This document shows, in pieces, positions 61,465 through 64,000 of a stretch of 64,000 nt of DNA (position 1 is its first letter; every line of letters starts with the position of its first letter). The DNA lies in assembly GCA_963667465.2 (NCBI GenBank), contig CAXXDN010000001.1, forward strand, positions 32,001 to 96,000, in the 5' to 3' direction. The notes below the pieces were generated by a model. It was not told where the DNA came from. It did no database searches and was given only the letters and a program-made list of their open reading frames with translations. Position numbers and translations under genes: made by a program. The DNA is from Dehalococcoidia bacterium (GTDB lineage Bacteria; Chloroflexota; Dehalococcoidia; UBA2979).

Positions 61465-63093
61465 CTACTCGAGGCTCACGAGGTATGGATAGTGCGGCTG
61501 TCCGCCCGTGTATACCTCGACCTCAAGATCTTCGTGCGCGTCCTCCAGCAATTCCCGAACCCGATCCGCCGAGCGGGCGGGCGCGTCCACACCAAGGTAG
61601 ACGGTCGCCAGCTCGAGCATGTCGTCGGACTCCAGCGCCTGCGAGACGCCGGCGAGCAGCGCGGCGTCGATGTCCTCCGCGCGCGCCACGAGGCGACCGT
61701 CGAGGATGGCGATCGCGTCGCCCGCCGTTACGCTCACGCCGTCGGCAGTCGCGTCGCGGACGGCGCGCGTGACCTCGACGCAGCGGGCAGAAGCGGCGGC
61801 GTTGGTGAGCGCCTGGGCGAGCGCCTCGGGCGACTCGCCAGGCACGAAGCTCAGGGCCGCGGCGAGGCCGGCGGCGACGGTGCGCGCGGGGACGACGCTG
61901 ATCAGGTCCGGCTCCTGCTGCGCGGCCTGCTCGGCGGCGAGCAATACGTTGGAATCGTTGGGCAGGATGAAGACCCGGTCTCGCCCGGCGCGGCGGGCCG
62001 CCTCGAGCAACTCGCCGGCGCTCGGGTTGTTCGTCGCGCCGCCGCTCACGATGCGGGTCACGCCGAGGTCGCGGAAGTGCGCCGTGAGCCCCGGGCCCTG
62101 CACGACGGCGACGAGGCCGACCGGAGGCGCGGGCGCGGCGTCGTCCTCGGCATCCTCGTGGCCCGCGGCCCAGCTCTCGTGCTGGGCCTGCATGTTGTCG
62201 ACCTTGACGCTCTGCAGGCCGCCGTGGGCGGCGCCCCTGGAGAGCGCGACGCCGGGATCCTCCATGTGCACGTGCACGCGCAGCGCCGAGGGGTCGCCGA
62301 CGACGAGCACGGACTCGCCCTCGGCCTCGCTGAGCTCGGTGGCCAGCACGGCGCGCTCGAGGCCCTGCCCCTGCACGATGTACTCGACGCAGTAGCCGTG
62401 GCCCTCGTGCGCGACGCCGCCGAGGTCGACCGCGCCCGTGGGGGCGGGCGGGGGCTCGGGCAGCGCCTCGCCGCGCACGCCGTAGAGCAGGCCCGCCAGC
62501 ACGACGGCGACGCCCTGCCCGCCGGCGTCCACGACGCCCGCCTCCTGCAGCCGCGGCAGCAGCTCCGGCGTGCGCTCCACGCTCGCCTCCGCCTCCTCGA
62601 CGGCGACCGCCAGCAGCTCGTCGAGGGCGAGCGCGGCGGCGGCGTCCGCCGCGACCGCGGCGGCCTCGCGCATCACGGTGAGCATCGTGCCCTCGACGGG
62701 CTCGGGCACGGCGCCGTAGGCGACCGCCGAGGCAGTGCTGAGGGCGGTGCGCAGCTCCGCGGGCCCGAGCGCCTCAACGCCCTCGAGGCCGTCGGCGAAG
62801 CCGCGCAGCATCTGGGAGAGGATGACGCCGCTGTTGCCGCGCGCGCCGAGCAATGCGGCGTCGGCGAGCGCCTTGCTGATCGCGCCCGCCGCGCCGGACT
62901 CGGGCAGGGCCGCGTTGGCGGCGCGCAGGGTGAGCAGCATATTGGTCCCGGTATCGCCGTCCGGGACGGGGTAGACGTTGATCGCGTTCAGCGCCTCGCG
63001 GTTGGCCTCGAGCCAGAGTTCGGCGACCTGGAGCGCGTGGCGCAGCTCCGTGCCGTCGAGGGCGCTAGGGGCGGTGGCGTCGGTCGAGGTCAT
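61465..63093 (-). CDS. DAK2 domain fatty acid kinase subunit (FakA/YloV-like)
   Basis: NVYPVPDGDTGTNM, GARGNSGVILSQ, EGTMLTV, VDAGG, GGQPHY. Confidence 0.95.
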   Translation of the reverse strand: MTSTDATAPSALDGTELRHALQVAELWLEANREALNAINVYPVPDGDTGTNMLLTLRAANAALPESGAAGAISKALADAALLGARGNSGVILSQMLRGFADGLEGVEALGPAELRTALSTASAVAYGAVPEPVEGTMLTVMREAAAVAADAAAALALDELLAVAVEEAEASVERTPELLPRLQEAGVVDAGGQGVAVVLAGLLYGVRGEALPEPPPAPTGAVDLGGVAHEGHGYCVEYIVQGQGLERAVLATELSEAEGESVLVVGDPSALRVHVHMEDPGVALSRGAAHGGLQSVKVDNMQAQHESWAAGHEDAEDDAAPAPPVGLVAVVQGPGLTAHFRDLGVTRIVSGGATNNPSAGELLEAARRAGRDRVFILPNDSNVLLAAEQAAQQEPDLISVVPARTVAAGLAAALSFVPGESPEALAQALTNAAASARCVEVTRAVRDATADGVSVTAGDAIAILDGRLVARAEDIDAALLAGVSQALESDDMLELATVYLGVDAPARSADRVRELLEDAHEDLEVEVYTGGQPHYPYLVSLE

Positions 63094-63220
63094 GGGCTGT
63101 TGCGTCCTCGTCGTTCGCGCCTCATGGCGCTGGCGGCGGCGTGGCGCAGCACCCGGTCCGGTGCTACGCTCTGATCCCGGTCAAGCATAGCGCGAGCCGC
63201 GCAACGAGAGATGGCGTCTC

Positions 63221-63478
63221 ATGGCCTCCGGAAAGTGCGACCTCTGTCCGAAGCGCACCGCCTTCGGCCGCAATATCCGGCACAAGCACTCCGGCCGCTG
63301 GGAGCGCAAGGCCCAGCGCACCAACCGCGAGTTCCGCCCCAACGTGCACAAGAAGCGGCTGCTGATCGACGGCCGCTGGAAGCGCGTCAACGTTTGCACG
63401 CGCTGCCTGCGCACGCAGCTCAAGCGCCTCGCCGAGGGCAAGCCCGCCATCCCCTCCGCGAGCACCGCCACCGCCTGA
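63221..63478 (+). CDS. rpmB: 50S ribosomal protein L28 (Zn-binding type)
   Basis: CDLC...FGRN...T.R.F.PN...VCTRCLR. Confidence 0.93.
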   Translation: MASGKCDLCPKRTAFGRNIRHKHSGRWERKAQRTNREFRPNVHKKRLLIDGRWKRVNVCTRCLRTQLKRLAEGKPAIPSASTATA

Positions 63479-63527
63479 CCGTCCGCCCGACTCTCGCACC
63501 TGCCTCGACCGCAGTTGCGCGCGCCCG

Positions 63528-64000
63528 TCAGCCCTCGAGGGCAGCGCGCAGTGTTGCGAGCGCGGCCTGCGGCGTCTCGTTCGGGTTGTAGACCGCAGAG
63601 CCGGCGACCAGCAGGCTCGCGCCCGCGTGGGCGCACTGCAGCGCGTTGTGCGCTTTGACGCCGCCGTCGACCTCGATCACCGCGTCGCTCCCGAGCGCGT
63701 CGAGGGCGGCGCGCAGCTCGCGGACCTTGTCGAGCAGCTCCGGCATCAGCTCTTGCCCGCCGCGCCCGGGGTGCACGAGCATCACCGTCACCTCGTCGAG
63801 CTGCGGGAGCCAGGGCTGAAGCGCCGCGGCGGGCGTCTGCGGGCTGATCGCGATGCCGACCTCGCAGGACAGCTCGCGCGCTCGCGCGATCTCGCGCTGC
63901 GGCTCGTCCGTCGCCTCGAGGTGGAAGATCAGCCGCCCCGCGCCCGCCTCGGCCAGCGGCTCCAGCTGCTCGAGCGGGTCGGCCACCATCATGTGTGCCT
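63528..64000 (-). CDS. rpe: ribulose-phosphate 3-epimerase (5'-truncated by window edge)
   Basis: HMMV, FHLEA, M.V.PG.GGQ, IEVDGG, VAGSA. Confidence 0.93.
   Translation of the reverse strand, partial: AHMMVADPLEQLEPLAEAGAGRLIFHLEATDEPQREIARARELSCEVGIAISPQTPAAALQPWLPQLDEVTVMLVHPGRGGQELMPELLDKVRELRAALDALGSDAVIEVDGGVKAHNALQCAHAGASLLVAGSAVYNPNETPQAALATLRAALEG

Overview
High-GC bacterial chromosomal window. Gene content (expanded family III CoA-transferases, acyl-CoA dehydrogenases, Zn-ADHs, an NHL protein, and the rpmB-DAK2-DegV-recG neighbourhood) suggests Chloroflexota/Dehalococcoidia, possibly host-associated; this is inference only. Core and metabolic genes include two ABC exporters, two ispH paralogues, a lipB-lipA-aceE-aceF-lpdA operon, MMPL, ABC-F, CoA-linked catabolic genes, an XDH-family Mo subunit, recG, degV, DAK2, rpmB and partial rpe. 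They are interspersed with small accessory inserts. Main observations: (1) a 1414-aa secreted repeat protein whose RBS-linked ATG is out of frame by one base across a C13 tract, a candidate phase-variable adhesin lying between the two ispH copies; (2) an AT-richer gene for a nuclease-fold/TM protein flanked by an exact 37-bp direct repeat that contains a promoter-like -10 box; (3) several toxin-antitoxin loci where the antitoxin is intact but the toxin is a remnant or absent, plus a pair of small antitoxin-tail-only proteins, each upstream of a foreign-looking gene; (4) a dispersed REP-like hairpin family and many short tandem duplications; (5) a GmrSD-like DUF262 gene. No rRNA, tRNA, CRISPR array, integrase or transposase was recognised. 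All family assignments come from motif recognition by eye, with no database search.
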